Below, piece by piece: positions 28,150-38,606 of a stretch of 64,000 nucleotides of DNA. The first letter of the stretch is position 1. Each line of letters begins with the position of its first letter. Origin of the DNA: Acidilobaceae archaeon (GTDB taxonomy: Archaea; Thermoproteota; Thermoprotei_A; Sulfolobales; Acidilobaceae); contig JAWBBK010000002.1 of the NCBI GenBank assembly GCA_038824665.1, forward strand, positions 50,365 through 114,364, in the 5' to 3' direction. Made by a program: the position numbers and the translations under genes. The notes under the pieces were generated by a model. It saw only the letters and a program-made list of their open reading frames with translations, was not told where the DNA came from and searched no databases.

Positions 28150-28226
28150 GGGCCCGTAGCTCAGCCTGGCAGAGCGGCGGGCTTTTAACCCGTAGGTCCC
28201 GGGTTCAAATCCCGGCGGGCCCGCCA
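28150..28226 (+). tRNA. tRNA-Lys(TTT), no intron, CCA encoded
   Basis: Acceptor GGGCCCG/CGGGCCC; anticodon loop CTTTTAA; TTCAAAT T loop; ends GCCA. Confidence 0.97.
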
Positions 28227-28314
28227 CAAGGAGGTCAAGAAGACTATCGGGCTCCTTACGAACTCTAAAACATACTTCTTTAGCTTCTCACAGGTAATAC
28301 TCAGAGGGGTCTTT

Positions 28315-29079
28315 TTGGAGAGAGTAAGAGAGCTACTAGACGACTACGGGATCAGTCTAGTCAGAGAAGAGGCAGCTATTTACATCGCTTCAGAAGACGC
28401 AGTAGCGATCTCAGACATACACTTTGGCTTTGAGTCAGCTATGACAAGTCTAGGCGTAGTCCTTCCTAAAAGACAACTGAAAAGAGCTCTAGAGGTTTTA
28501 GTTAGGCTCAGAACTCTTACAGGAGCCTCTAAGCTTATCGTTTGTGGGGATTTGAAACATGTTTTCGAGAAGTTAATTAAACAAGAACGCGAAGAAGTGT
28601 CGACATTCATTCAGAGAGCTTTCGAGCTCGGATTCAAGGAGGTCATAGTGGTTAGAGGGAATCATGACAACTACGTCTCTTCGTTAGTAAAGAAGCTAGG
28701 AGCAACATGGATTGAAAACTATATAGAATTAGGAAAAGGGATCGTGATCACTCACGGTCATGAGGTTTACGACGTTAAGGGCGAAGCGATAGTGATGGGA
28801 CATGAACATCCGGTGCTTGAAATGTCGATAGGAGGTTTCAAAGAGAGACTTCAAGCTTTTTTGATAATTCCTAGAGCTAGCTCGGGTTTTTTCATTGTGC
28901 TTCCAGCTATAGGAGAATACCAGTCAGGCAACGTGGTTACGCTCGATAGATCTAGATATCTTTCTCCTTGGATCCAAAAGGAGGCGCTGATAAACGAAGC
29001 GATACCCGTAGTAAGCGATAAAGACATAGGGACTATAGCTTTACCGAAACTAGAGTTTCTCTTAACCAAAGAACTCTGA
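28315..29079 (+). CDS. Calcineurin-like metallophosphoesterase
   Basis: SDIHFG, GDLKH, RGNHD, THGH, GHEHP. Confidence 0.9.
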   Translation: MERVRELLDDYGISLVREEAAIYIASEDAVAISDIHFGFESAMTSLGVVLPKRQLKRALEVLVRLRTLTGASKLIVCGDLKHVFEKLIKQEREEVSTFIQRAFELGFKEVIVVRGNHDNYVSSLVKKLGATWIENYIELGKGIVITHGHEVYDVKGEAIVMGHEHPVLEMSIGGFKERLQAFLIIPRASSGFFIVLPAIGEYQSGNVVTLDRSRYLSPWIQKEALINEAIPVVSDKDIGTIALPKLEFLLTKEL

Positions 29080-29083
29080 TGCT

Positions 29084-29680
29084 CTATAAGAAGCTTTCAG
29101 ATATCAGACATCCGTTCTTCTTAAGTGCATCATATATAACGTCTACAGCTTTGGATACCTCTTCTTCACGCTTAGCTCCAGTTATCACCATCTTGCCGCT
29201 ACTGAATATAAGGAGAACCACTGAGGGCTTATCCATTCTGTATATGAGTCCTGGAAACTGCTCAGGTTCATACATGCTACCGGGCAGAGCTAGAGCAGCT
29301 TTTTCTAGATCAACAAAAGTACCTAAGTCAGCTGATGCCACTATGTTCTGTATCTGTATCTGCACCCTCCCGTGAACCGGTATCCCTTTGTTCGTTAACG
29401 TCTTTATGATCTTTTTAACAGCAAAAACCAATGTGTTTACGCTCTTAGCTCCAGTAACTACCATTTTACCTGATTTAAATATGAGGGCTGTGACTCTTGG
29501 CTGATCGAGTCTATATATAAGTCCTGGAAACTGATCGGGGTTGTACTCCGATTCAGGAATTCTGGTCTCTATGAGATTTAGGTCTAGCGAGTGTTCGAGA
29601 ATTACTGTAGCTACTATGTTTTCTATTTGACTATGAGGCTTAGGTTCTGAAGATGTTCTCTCGCCTGCAGGAAGAGTCAT
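29084..29680 (-). CDS. tbp: TATA-box binding protein
   Basis: Two repeats of NIVA...[12 protein letters not shown]...LIF.SGKMV.TGAK. Confidence 0.98.
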   Translation of the reverse strand: MTLPAGERTSSEPKPHSQIENIVATVILEHSLDLNLIETRIPESEYNPDQFPGLIYRLDQPRVTALIFKSGKMVVTGAKSVNTLVFAVKKIIKTLTNKGIPVHGRVQIQIQNIVASADLGTFVDLEKAALALPGSMYEPEQFPGLIYRMDKPSVVLLIFSSGKMVITGAKREEEVSKAVDVIYDALKKNGCLISESFL

Positions 29681-29865
29681 GTCACATGCTCCCTCCGATT
29701 AGACTTTTAGAGTTTTTAGCAGGGTTTAAAAAGTATCGGCCTAACTACAGCTCAGGTGTACTGGTTGTTGAATTTAACCTGTAGACAGCTTAAAGCTACA
29801 TCTATGACTTTACAAAACATATAGGCTTTCTTAAGCTGAAGACATGAGGGAGAACCTTTCTAGAA

Positions 29866-29924
29866 CGGGATGAGGAAGCGGGCAGTCTGGGAGCAGGTGA
29901 CCGGCTCAGACTCACGCTGACCTT
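29866..29924 (+). ncRNA. Candidate box C/D guide sRNA
   Basis: C-like ATGAGGA 29870-29876; degenerate D' CTGG 29887-29890; C'-like AGGTGA; D box CTGA 29917-29920; GC-rich intergenic segment. Confidence 0.55.
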
Positions 29925-29942
29925 GCGCTGGTGGAACTCTAA

Positions 29943-30401
29943 ATGAAGCTGAGTAGAGGAGCTTTGGTGATTCTAGATTTAGACAGATTTAAAGAGTTCA
30001 GCAAAGCCAAAGGGTTTAGCGAGTACACGCCTAACGAGATAACGGGTTTGTTATCTCATCTTGTTGATGCGTTTGTGAGAAAGTGGAATGGAGTTGTAGT
30101 CTATGGGATCGATTGGGAGAGAGGCACAGAAGAAGCCATCATCGAGATCCCTGAGGTCGAGGCAGAAGAGCTAGAACAAGACCTTATCGAGATAGCTGAA
30201 GAGGTTAGGAGAGCTGGAGCGTCTATAACTATAGTAGCTCTTACAGGATATATTTTCGGAGTTCCCGCTAGGAGCAGAAGAGAGGCTTATAGTGAAGGAC
30301 TCAGAAGCTACGCTAAGAAGGTTCTAGAAAAACTCAAGAAGAGAGGCGGCGAAGTAGTTTTCATAAATGGAAGAATAGCTTGGAGAAGACCTCAAGGCTA
30401 G
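29943..30401 (+). CDS. Stand-alone GGDEF/GTP cyclohydrolase III-like (palm-fold) hypothetical protein
   Basis: ALVILDLDRFK metal-binding strand; RGTEE at the GGDEF position; KxRGG..V C-terminus. Confidence 0.55.
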   Translation: MKLSRGALVILDLDRFKEFSKAKGFSEYTPNEITGLLSHLVDAFVRKWNGVVVYGIDWERGTEEAIIEIPEVEAEELEQDLIEIAEEVRRAGASITIVALTGYIFGVPARSRREAYSEGLRSYAKKVLEKLKKRGGEVVFINGRIAWRRPQG

Positions 30402-31537
30402 GGTATTAGAAGAAGCTCTTCAACACTTAGAGAATAACCGTATTCTTTGGCTATAGCTAAAGCCTCCTCGATCTCCTTAGCGCTCAGTCTCCTAGCTATT
30501 TCTTTATATTCTTCTCTGGCTTTGGGATCAGCGAGAAGAAGATAGTCTGGATGGTATTGATCCATTAGGTTCAGCACCGCTTTTGGTATGTTTTTTGACA
30601 TCCACTCTAGAACTCTTCTAGTACAACATTCAATGTGATTAGGCAGAACTAGATGTCTTACTATCATGTTTCCATCGCTTTCGTTATAAGCGATCGAAAG
30701 GTTTTTGATAACTACTTCTACATAGTTTTTACACTTAGAGAGCCTCAAGGCACAAGCGTTGTTACCGTACTTAAAGTCGGGTAACCATATATCTATTATA
30801 TCAGCTATAAGCTTCATTCCCTCTTCGCTTAAATACATGTTGCTGTTCCAGAGCTGAGGCTTATTTACATCAAGATACTTGAAGCTCTCTAATATAAAAG
30901 GTATATGAGGTATAGGATCCCCTCCTACATGGTTTATATTCCTTGCGCCTGTGAAGGCTAGTTCTTCTTGGATCTCTGCTAACTCTTCGGGAGTAACTAC
31001 TATGTAGTTTTCATCTACTCTCTGACTGATCTCCCAGTTCTGACAGAACACACATTTAAGAGGACATCCCCCATAAAATATGGTTCCGCTAGGAACTAGA
31101 GGGGCCTCCTCTCCCATATGGTGAAAATAGCTGTAAACTATACACTCTCCTGAAACCTTGCAGACCCCTTGTCTACCTGAAGCTCTATTAGCACGACATT
31201 TCCACTCACATAAATTACAGCTCTCTAAGGTCTTTCTAGAAATAGCTATCTTTACGTCTAAGTAGGACCGAGGAGGCACGCTCTCAGGTAGCTTTTCTCT
31301 GTTCTCTTCGATCTCCTTTAAAAACTTTTTGTACTCTATTGCAAGTCTGTCGTGAAGCCTCCAAAGGTCGTCTAACGTGAGACCCTCTTGATAGGGGTCT
31401 TCAGGACTTTCAAGCCTCTTAGCTATCCTGTATCTGGCAGGTCTTTCACCCCAAAGAACTCTGAAATACCAGCTCAACCTCTGGACTAAAGGCTTATTTC
31501 GTAAAACCCTTATTGCATCAGGTCTGATTCTTTCCAC
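30398..31537 (-). CDS. PflX-like radical SAM protein
   Basis: CNLCEWKCRANR, GCPLKCVFCQN, NHVGGDP, DFKYGN, RHLVLP. Confidence 0.88.
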   Translation of the reverse strand: MERIRPDAIRVLRNKPLVQRLSWYFRVLWGERPARYRIAKRLESPEDPYQEGLTLDDLWRLHDRLAIEYKKFLKEIEENREKLPESVPPRSYLDVKIAISRKTLESCNLCEWKCRANRASGRQGVCKVSGECIVYSYFHHMGEEAPLVPSGTIFYGGCPLKCVFCQNWEISQRVDENYIVVTPEELAEIQEELAFTGARNINHVGGDPIPHIPFILESFKYLDVNKPQLWNSNMYLSEEGMKLIADIIDIWLPDFKYGNNACALRLSKCKNYVEVVIKNLSIAYNESDGNMIVRHLVLPNHIECCTRRVLEWMSKNIPKAVLNLMDQYHPDYLLLADPKAREEYKEIARRLSAKEIEEALAIAKEYGYSLSVEELLLIP

Positions 31538-31622
31538 AATATCATCGGAGAGGTATTTGATTATTGTAATCCCCTATACAAGATATTAAGATACGAGAGA
31601 CTTATAAAAACGAATAGGGGAG

Positions 31623-34064
31623 TCACTTCCTTCTAGACTTCTCTAGTTTTTCTTCGATTTTTCTGATCCTCTCTAACATGAGTTTTCTCTCTATACTGGC
31701 TACAGACATCCTAGTAGACACTACAGCATCAGGGTTGACGCTTATTGAGTCTATGCCTTCTCTAACCAAGAACTCTACTATTTCTGGATAGACGCTTGGA
31801 GCCTGTCCACATATGCTACTAGTTATTCCGTTTCTCTTAGCAGCTCTTATCACTTTTCTTATAGCTTTCAAAACAGCTGGGTCTCTCTCATCGAAATAGC
31901 CCATTTTAGCCAAGAGACCGCTATCTCTATCGGCTCCTAATATGAGTTGAGTGAGGTCATTGCTTCCGATGCTAAAACCGTCAACCATCTTGGCGAACTC
32001 GTCAGCCAAGAACACGGTGCTAGGAACTTCAACCATGATCCAGACTTTGAAGTCTCTTGACCTAGCCAAACCTTCGCTCTCCATGATCTTGAGAGCTTTC
32101 TCGAGCTCCCAAGTAGTTCTAACGAAGGGGAACATCACCCAAACGTTCTTTAAACCCCACTCATCTCTTACCTTCTTAATCGCTTTAACTTCAAGTCTAA
32201 ACGCAGGCTCGTACTGAGGGCTTATGTATCTAGCTACCCCTCTCCATCCGATCATAGGATTGCGTTCTTCAAGAGTTTCATATTTTTCAGCTCCTTTAAG
32301 TCTGGCATACTCGTTAGTTCTGAAGTCGCTGAACCTAACGACGACTGGTCTCGGATATATAGCGCTAGCCACCTTAGCTATACCTTCCGCTAGTTTATCT
32401 ACGAAGAGGTCGCCACGTCCATGTTCTATCAAGTACAGCGGGTGATACTCGATCCAGCTGGCTATTATGAACTCTATCCGCATGAGCCCTATTCCATCGA
32501 ACGGCAGATGCTTGTATCTATCTATTTCTGCAGGCTGGCCTAAGTTCATGTAGATCTTCGTAGCTGTAGTCGGATAGGCGGGAATCAAGACTTCAGCTGG
32601 AGCTGTTGGTGCCTTCTCCTCCTCGACCTTGATCACTCCCTCATAGACAACTCCTTTAGATCCGTCTACAGTGATGTCGGTCTCGTCTTTAATGACCTTG
32701 GTAGCATTACCTGCTCCAACCACTGCTGGAATTCCTAGCTCTCTCGCTACTATAGCGGCATGAGCAGTTATGCCGCCTTCGTCAGTCACTATGGCTGAAG
32801 CGAGTTTCATGTAAGGGACCCAGTCAGGGTCTGTCATTTTAGTGATCAAGATGTCTCCTTTCTTCATTTTTTTCGCTGCTTCTTCTACGCTCAGCGCGAT
32901 CTTAGCTTTACCCCAAGCTATTCCAGGACTAGCTGGTATCCCTCTTACTATTATCTTTGCTGAAGTTACTTCTTTAGCTTCGGCTACGGCTTTTTTCATC
33001 TTTTTAGAACTCCAAACGGTTTCAGGTCTTGCCTGTACTATCATTACGTTATGAGGGAACTCAAGGTCTGCGTCTACAGCCCACTCTATATCTAAAGGTA
33101 CGCCGAAGTAGGATTCGGCTTTGAGGGCGAGCTTAGCTAAGTACTTGATCTCTTCTTCATTAAGCGCAGAGGTCTCGGGCTTTATGTCATGTTTTTCAAG
33201 AAGTTCCGCGATCTTAGGTTTATCTGCGTATAGCTTAGCTAACTCTATATCGTTTTCAGGTATCTCCACTTCCACGTTTCTATTAGAACTGGGATCGAAG
33301 AAAAGACCTCTAGACTTTCTGCTTATCTTCTTCTCGATAATATTCAGCGAGGTTTTGTCTACAATATATCTGTCAGGCGTAGCTTTGCCTGAAACTAAGA
33401 GTTCACCTAGTCCCCATATGGCTTCTATGACTATTTTGTCCTCTGCTCCTGTAACTGGGTGTATTGTGAAAATGACCCCACTGCTTCTGCTATTGACCAT
33501 TTTCTGAACTACTACAGCCATATAAGCTCTTTTGTGTTCTACATTCACGCTATCTCTATACATTATGGCTCTAGGAGTCCAGAGACTACTCCAAGCTTTT
33601 TTCACCATTTCAACTACCTTTTCGACGCCACTCACATTAAGATAGGTCTCCTGCTGACCGGCGAAGCTAGCCGTAGGAAGGTCTTCTGCTGTAGCGCTAC
33701 TTCTTATGGCTACACGTACGTTATCGGCTCCTAACTTCTTACAAAGATCCAAGTACGCTCTCTTAATGGCTTCGGCTAGCTCACTAGGCATAGGAGTCTC
33801 ATCGAACTTAGCTCTAATAAGCCTACTGGCTTCTTCATATTCTTTAGGGTCTCTGCTACTAATTACATTCTTCAAAACCTCTTGAATGTAGTCCTCTAGT
33901 CCTGTTCTACTCACAAAAAGCTTGTACGCTTCTGACGTTATAACGAAGCCAGGAGGAACAGGGAGACCAGCTTTAATAAGTTTGCCAAGACCACTTGCCT
34001 TACCTCCAATTAGAGCTATATCTTCAGGGTTTAGTTCGTCTAACCAGAGGGTCAGAGAACCCAC
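31623..34064 (-). CDS. ppsA: Phosphoenolpyruvate synthase (pyruvate, water dikinase)
   Basis: [33 protein letters not shown] (phospho-His), [13 protein letters not shown]. Confidence 0.96.
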   Translation of the reverse strand: MGSLTLWLDELNPEDIALIGGKASGLGKLIKAGLPVPPGFVITSEAYKLFVSRTGLEDYIQEVLKNVISSRDPKEYEEASRLIRAKFDETPMPSELAEAIKRAYLDLCKKLGADNVRVAIRSSATAEDLPTASFAGQQETYLNVSGVEKVVEMVKKAWSSLWTPRAIMYRDSVNVEHKRAYMAVVVQKMVNSRSSGVIFTIHPVTGAEDKIVIEAIWGLGELLVSGKATPDRYIVDKTSLNIIEKKISRKSRGLFFDPSSNRNVEVEIPENDIELAKLYADKPKIAELLEKHDIKPETSALNEEEIKYLAKLALKAESYFGVPLDIEWAVDADLEFPHNVMIVQARPETVWSSKKMKKAVAEAKEVTSAKIIVRGIPASPGIAWGKAKIALSVEEAAKKMKKGDILITKMTDPDWVPYMKLASAIVTDEGGITAHAAIVARELGIPAVVGAGNATKVIKDETDITVDGSKGVVYEGVIKVEEEKAPTAPAEVLIPAYPTTATKIYMNLGQPAEIDRYKHLPFDGIGLMRIEFIIASWIEYHPLYLIEHGRGDLFVDKLAEGIAKVASAIYPRPVVVRFSDFRTNEYARLKGAEKYETLEERNPMIGWRGVARYISPQYEPAFRLEVKAIKKVRDEWGLKNVWVMFPFVRTTWELEKALKIMESEGLARSRDFKVWIMVEVPSTVFLADEFAKMVDGFSIGSNDLTQLILGADRDSGLLAKMGYFDERDPAVLKAIRKVIRAAKRNGITSSICGQAPSVYPEIVEFLVREGIDSISVNPDAVVSTRMSVASIERKLMLERIRKIEEKLEKSRRK

Positions 34065-34231
34065 TCGCTACACCGTTATCTTCCATGTGCTAGTTAACCT
34101 TTATACGTTACGAAAAATAATTAGTATTGAACAGAAAAGTTCAAAGTCAGAGAAGTTAAAGCCGATCTTTTCCTCGTAGATTAAGTGAAAAGGTTTAAGA
34201 AAAAAAGGTGAGAAGGTAGGCTAGAGGCAAG

Positions 34232-34687
34232 TTGAAAGTGACACAGTTCAACTCGTACATACTGCTTTTAGACTGTCCTAACTTGACGCTAAAGACTAGA
34301 GCTAGGACTTTTGAGATCTCTGAAGGAGTTTACGCTTATGTGGGTTCGTGTGGAGTTAGTTGTTGTAAGAGAGTTTTCAGACACTATACTGAAAAGAAGA
34401 AGATGTTCTGGCATATAGACTATCTTACCGTTAGATGTAGAAAGCTAGGGTTTTATCTGTTAAAAACTCCTGAAACCGAGGTCTCTAACTATCTAGCGAA
34501 AAGTCTCAGAGGCGTTCACGGTTTTGGCTCTTCTGACGATAAGAGAGTCTCTAGTCATCTCTTTAGAGTACAAGAAGACTTCAACCTCTTCCTCTCCAAG
34601 CTGGAGTCCTATGTGTTTCTGAAAGCTGAAAAAGATAGAGAAGCTTTAGAGATGTGTTTCAAAGCTACAAGAGATCCAGTCTTATAA
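34232..34687 (+). CDS. DUF123 / GIY-YIG-superfamily nuclease
   Basis: GVYAYVGS, RH, WHIDYL, GFGSSD, SHLF. Confidence 0.85.
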   Translation: MKVTQFNSYILLLDCPNLTLKTRARTFEISEGVYAYVGSCGVSCCKRVFRHYTEKKKMFWHIDYLTVRCRKLGFYLLKTPETEVSNYLAKSLRGVHGFGSSDDKRVSSHLFRVQEDFNLFLSKLESYVFLKAEKDREALEMCFKATRDPVL

Positions 34688-34723
34688 TCTCACATTTGTT
34701 CTTTCGGGCTTGGGTGTAAAAAA

Positions 34724-36040
34724 TTGAGCAGAGAGGTCAGACTTCCAAGAGGCTTTAGAGACTTCCCTCCTGAAGTTATGATAGTCAGAAAGAAAGTCAT
34801 AGAAAAAATAGCTTCTGTATTCGAGCGTTATGGGTTCGATCCTATCGATACTTCGATCATTGAGTACTGGGAGACTCTAGCGGGAAAATATGGAGAAGAA
34901 GCGGAGTCCAAGCTGATATGGAGATTTAAAGACCCCTGGAGCGAACGGGAGTACGCTCTCAGATACGATCTAACTGTGCCTCTAGCTAGGTTCATAGCTA
35001 TGAGACCCGATATCTCATTACCCTTCAAGAGATATCACATAGCACCTGTGTGGAGACATGAAGAGCCTCAAAAGGGTAGATATAGAGAGTTCTATCAGTG
35101 CGATGCAGACATAGTCGGAAGCCCATATCCAGAAGCCGATGCCGAGATATTAGATCTAGTTGTAGACGTGCTCAAAGAGATAGGCTTCAGAGACTTCAAG
35201 GTACTCATTAATGACAGAAGGATATTATCTGGAGTGTTTGAGAACGAGCTGAGACTATCGGACCCGATTCCAGTTTACAGGATCATAGATAAGTTAGACA
35301 AGATCGGAGCTGAGGGAGTTCGAAAAGAGCTAGTCGACAAGAAGTATTCAGAGGAGTTAGTGAATGCGATAATGAAGCTGATCGAAATTCGAGGAAATCC
35401 TTTTGAAAGCCTTGAAGTGCTCTGTTCTAAGTACTCAGCTAATACAAACGTTCAGAAAGGTTGCAAACACCTGCTGGAAGCTCTTGATCTAGTCAATAAC
35501 GTTGAGTACATAGAGTTCGATATGAGCTTAGTAAGAGGGCTAGATTACTACACAGGACCGATCTTCGAAGCTGTGCTCTCAACTCCAAAAATAGGAAGTA
35601 TTGCTGGCGGAGGGAGATATGACAACCTGATAGGACTCTTTACAAACAAAGAGATCCCCGCTACAGGAGTCAGTTTAGGTTTAGAGAGGATCATAGATGC
35701 TGGCTTGGAGTTAGGCTTGATATCGTTATCGAAGCTTACAGTAACGGAGGCTCAAGTTATAGTAATAGACTGGAGCTTTCTAAAATACGCCTGGAAGGTC
35801 TTGAAGATCTTAAGAAGCAATGGGATCAAGGCGAGGATAGATCTGTCTCGCTTAAGTGAAGAAGCTCAAAGAAGGAGAGCCAAGAGGCTAAGAGTTCCTG
35901 TGTTGGTCTTTGTTGGTCAGAGAGAGGTAGAGACGAACACAGCTACAGTGTACCATACAGCTAGCGGTAGACGAGAAGTAGTAAGTCTCGACGAACTTCC
36001 GAAGATCGTAAATCTCTTATTAGATCAGGAGAGGTCTTAA
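34724..36040 (+). CDS. hisS: Histidine--tRNA ligase
   Basis: PRGFRD, LRYDLTVP, GRYREFYQCDAD, VRGLDYYTG, GGGRYD, GLER. Confidence 0.97.
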   Translation: MSREVRLPRGFRDFPPEVMIVRKKVIEKIASVFERYGFDPIDTSIIEYWETLAGKYGEEAESKLIWRFKDPWSEREYALRYDLTVPLARFIAMRPDISLPFKRYHIAPVWRHEEPQKGRYREFYQCDADIVGSPYPEADAEILDLVVDVLKEIGFRDFKVLINDRRILSGVFENELRLSDPIPVYRIIDKLDKIGAEGVRKELVDKKYSEELVNAIMKLIEIRGNPFESLEVLCSKYSANTNVQKGCKHLLEALDLVNNVEYIEFDMSLVRGLDYYTGPIFEAVLSTPKIGSIAGGGRYDNLIGLFTNKEIPATGVSLGLERIIDAGLELGLISLSKLTVTEAQVIVIDWSFLKYAWKVLKILRSNGIKARIDLSRLSEEAQRRRAKRLRVPVLVFVGQREVETNTATVYHTASGRREVVSLDELPKIVNLLLDQERS

Positions 36041-36043
36041 GAC

Positions 36044-37042
36044 CTAGAACTCTTCTTCGCGTAATATAGTCCTACTTCTCGTTGGATAAGCCTCTATCAA
36101 GAAGGCTTTACAATCGTTTTCTCTAGCTAGCTTCTTAAGGAGTTCTTCATTTGGAGGAATACACGTTCTGTTCTTTCTGCACTCCTCACCTACACCAGCG
36201 AGCGGTTCTTTACACTCTAGTTCGCCCCATAGCACAGTTCCATCTTCGGTTGGCTCTTCAAACCATTTGAAATCGTTCTTAGCTGTTCTCCTCATTCTGT
36301 TTTTTAGTTGAACAGAGTCCTTAAAGCTGACAGGACAGAAGTGAACGGCTAGGCTCACGTTGTCCTTAGCCCATTTCATTACTTCGAGCGCAGCCTTCAG
36401 CGCTCCCTCTACGGCATAAGGTCTAGACCTGCTAGGTCTTAGTCCTCTCATGAACAGCTTTTTCAAGTTCTTCTCGCTTACCTCCATTTCGTTGAGATTA
36501 ACGAACTTAGCTCCGATCTTCGAGGCCTCTCTCACTACGCTCTTGGCCCACTCTTCTAGTCCAGGGGCGATCGGTATCTCGAAGCCTACACTCATTCCTG
36601 TTTCCTTAGCGGCAAACTCAGCGAGTTCGAAAGCTCTAGGAGCTACTGGGTGAAACCTTATTTCATCTAGACCTACATCCCATAGCTTGAGAATATGACC
36701 TCGCGATCCTTGAGAACCACTTGTGTAGAGGTGTATGTGGAAGCTCTCTCCAAAGTGTTCTTTGAGTGTTGTGATAATTTTCACAACTCTATCCAATACT
36801 ATAAAAGGCTCTCCTCCCGTTATCCCAGCTCCTAAAGCAGACATCCTATTTACCTCTATTACGATATCATTTAAGCTATAGACCCTCTCTTCGTTCACAT
36901 AGGTCACGTCTAGTCTCCATCTCTCTGGGCTTATAGGACAGTAGAAACAGTCTTCTGGACAAAGTCCTGTAACGAAGATCACGGCTTTGGAGCCTAGATC
37001 GCAGAGTTCACAACCTTTCGCGAGACCGTAGGATGTTCTCAA
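36044..37042 (-). CDS. Archaeal radical SAM protein of unknown function
   Basis: GCELC, TGLCPEDCFYCP, GITGGEP, DEIRFHP, NLNEME. Confidence 0.88.
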   Translation of the reverse strand: MRTSYGLAKGCELCDLGSKAVIFVTGLCPEDCFYCPISPERWRLDVTYVNEERVYSLNDIVIEVNRMSALGAGITGGEPFIVLDRVVKIITTLKEHFGESFHIHLYTSGSQGSRGHILKLWDVGLDEIRFHPVAPRAFELAEFAAKETGMSVGFEIPIAPGLEEWAKSVVREASKIGAKFVNLNEMEVSEKNLKKLFMRGLRPSRSRPYAVEGALKAALEVMKWAKDNVSLAVHFCPVSFKDSVQLKNRMRRTAKNDFKWFEEPTEDGTVLWGELECKEPLAGVGEECRKNRTCIPPNEELLKKLARENDCKAFLIEAYPTRSRTILREEEF

Positions 37043-37109
37043 GGACCTTCCTAGAGTGTTTGAGTTTCAACTTGAACGCTTATAACGTTCCTCAAACGCT
37101 ATTATATTA

Positions 37110-38369
37110 TTGTACTACTTCAACGGTGATCTCTCTCTGGGGTCTAGCTTGCCAAGAGTTGCAACGATAGCGTTAATAGCGCTTTTGCTTATAAGTGGGG
37201 TTGTACTTCAAGCTACGTCTTTTACCTTGCTTTATCAAGCTCTAGACGAAGACGTAGACAGTTATACCAACATCGTTATTTTGGATGGATTTAGCTACTT
37301 CATAGGCTCAAAGAGCGGTTACCTCGTTATAACCCGATTGAACTTGCTAGACTTCTCCAAAGGTTATGAGAGGGTAGCGTATCATAGAGTTCTTACTGGC
37401 AACCTCTACATACTCGATGTTGTTTATGAAGCTGACAGCCTTCAGGTTCTAGCTGCGTCTACCGAAGAGACGAGGACTGCGCTTTATCACATAACCGTAT
37501 CTCCAGCTTCGGGCAGAGTTATCGTTGACTCCGTTGTCTCCATGCCTCTTGATTTCAGAGTCCTTCGCGGGTCTTTGTGGAGAGGTTTGGCAGTAGCTGT
37601 AGGTCTTTGGAACAACAGCCTAACTGTAATTAGAGCAAGTCCTACTGGTGTTGAGTGGACGACGCGACTAGGGCCAGAGCCTCGTCCAGCACCTTTGGTT
37701 TGTGTTTCGCTTAGAAGCGATGGAGCAGCTTTAATTGCGGTCTCTTCGAATCATGGAGCTGATCTATATGTCGTCTCGCCAGCCGGAAACGTCGTTAGAC
37801 ATTTGGCTTATAACGCCACAGCTCCCATATTGATTTACGACTGTAAGCAGATCGGGTTGGCTTTTGTGATAGCGGGAGGTTTAGTTCTGGGAGAATTAAT
37901 ACATCCTATTTTAGTTTATACTACACTCGATGAGCCTGTGAGAGCAGGACACACCATAATAGGAGACATGACTGGAGTCGTCACAGCAGTTGCTAGCGAA
38001 GAAGACAAAGTCTATGCGGCTCTTGTGACTAAGAATTCGACACTGGTAGCACTCTATAAGTTCTCTTTAGAGGAAGGGTTTAACTTAGAAAGAGCAGTTA
38101 ACATAAACGAAGTAGCTGGAAGAGAAGTCCTCGGGCTAGCGTTAGCGGTTTTCAATTCTACCTTAATGATGACTGGAGCTTTAATGAAAGGTTCAGGTGC
38201 TTACTTGGCTGTTATAAAATATGTGGAGGAGAAGCCAAGACTATCAGAGTCTTTAGCTTCAGTTCTCATATTTTCATCGATTATAGTCTTAGCGGCCATG
38301 ATGATAGTCCTTGTTGCGACTTTCATTAAAAAGAGGTTTAGAAAAAACAAAGTCAAGGAGGTTCAGTAG
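37110..38369 (+). CDS. Putative secreted, C-terminally anchored beta-rich surface protein (start possibly TTG 37149)
   Basis: N-terminal hydrophobic signal; alternating beta-strand pattern; C-terminal TM followed by KKRFRKNK. Confidence 0.65.
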   Translation: MYYFNGDLSLGSSLPRVATIALIALLLISGVVLQATSFTLLYQALDEDVDSYTNIVILDGFSYFIGSKSGYLVITRLNLLDFSKGYERVAYHRVLTGNLYILDVVYEADSLQVLAASTEETRTALYHITVSPASGRVIVDSVVSMPLDFRVLRGSLWRGLAVAVGLWNNSLTVIRASPTGVEWTTRLGPEPRPAPLVCVSLRSDGAALIAVSSNHGADLYVVSPAGNVVRHLAYNATAPILIYDCKQIGLAFVIAGGLVLGELIHPILVYTTLDEPVRAGHTIIGDMTGVVTAVASEEDKVYAALVTKNSTLVALYKFSLEEGFNLERAVNINEVAGREVLGLALAVFNSTLMMTGALMKGSGAYLAVIKYVEEKPRLSESLASVLIFSSIIVLAAMMIVLVATFIKKRFRKNKVKEVQ

Positions 38370-38404
38370 CTCATCTCGAAAGAGACAACGTGAACTTTTT
38401 TGAG

Positions 38405-38472
38405 AAGGTCAGATGGACTAGGATTCTTCATCGATAAGACTCAGCAGTCCGGGTTCTACTCTCCATCATATT
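38405..38472 (-). ncRNA. Box C/D guide sRNA with tRNA-complementary guides
   Basis: Minus strand reads ATGATGG-agagtagaacccggactg-CTGA-gtcttatcg-ATGAAGA-atcctagtccat-CTGA; TATA TTTATAAA at 38493-38500. Confidence 0.8.
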
Positions 38473-38606
38473 AACTGTCTAAAGGCTGGAAATTTATAAA
38501 GAGCGAGCCTTTAGCACAATAGGTCTTTTGAGCGAAATACATCTAACGAACAGAACTTTATAGGAAAGAAAGCTAGAGGGCTCTATCAAGCTTTAGGAAA
38601 CCTTAC

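Noticed and set aside
4992-28226. tRNA introns or split tRNAs
   Set aside because: All three tRNAs fold as uninterrupted cloverleaves with no bulge-helix-bulge insertion
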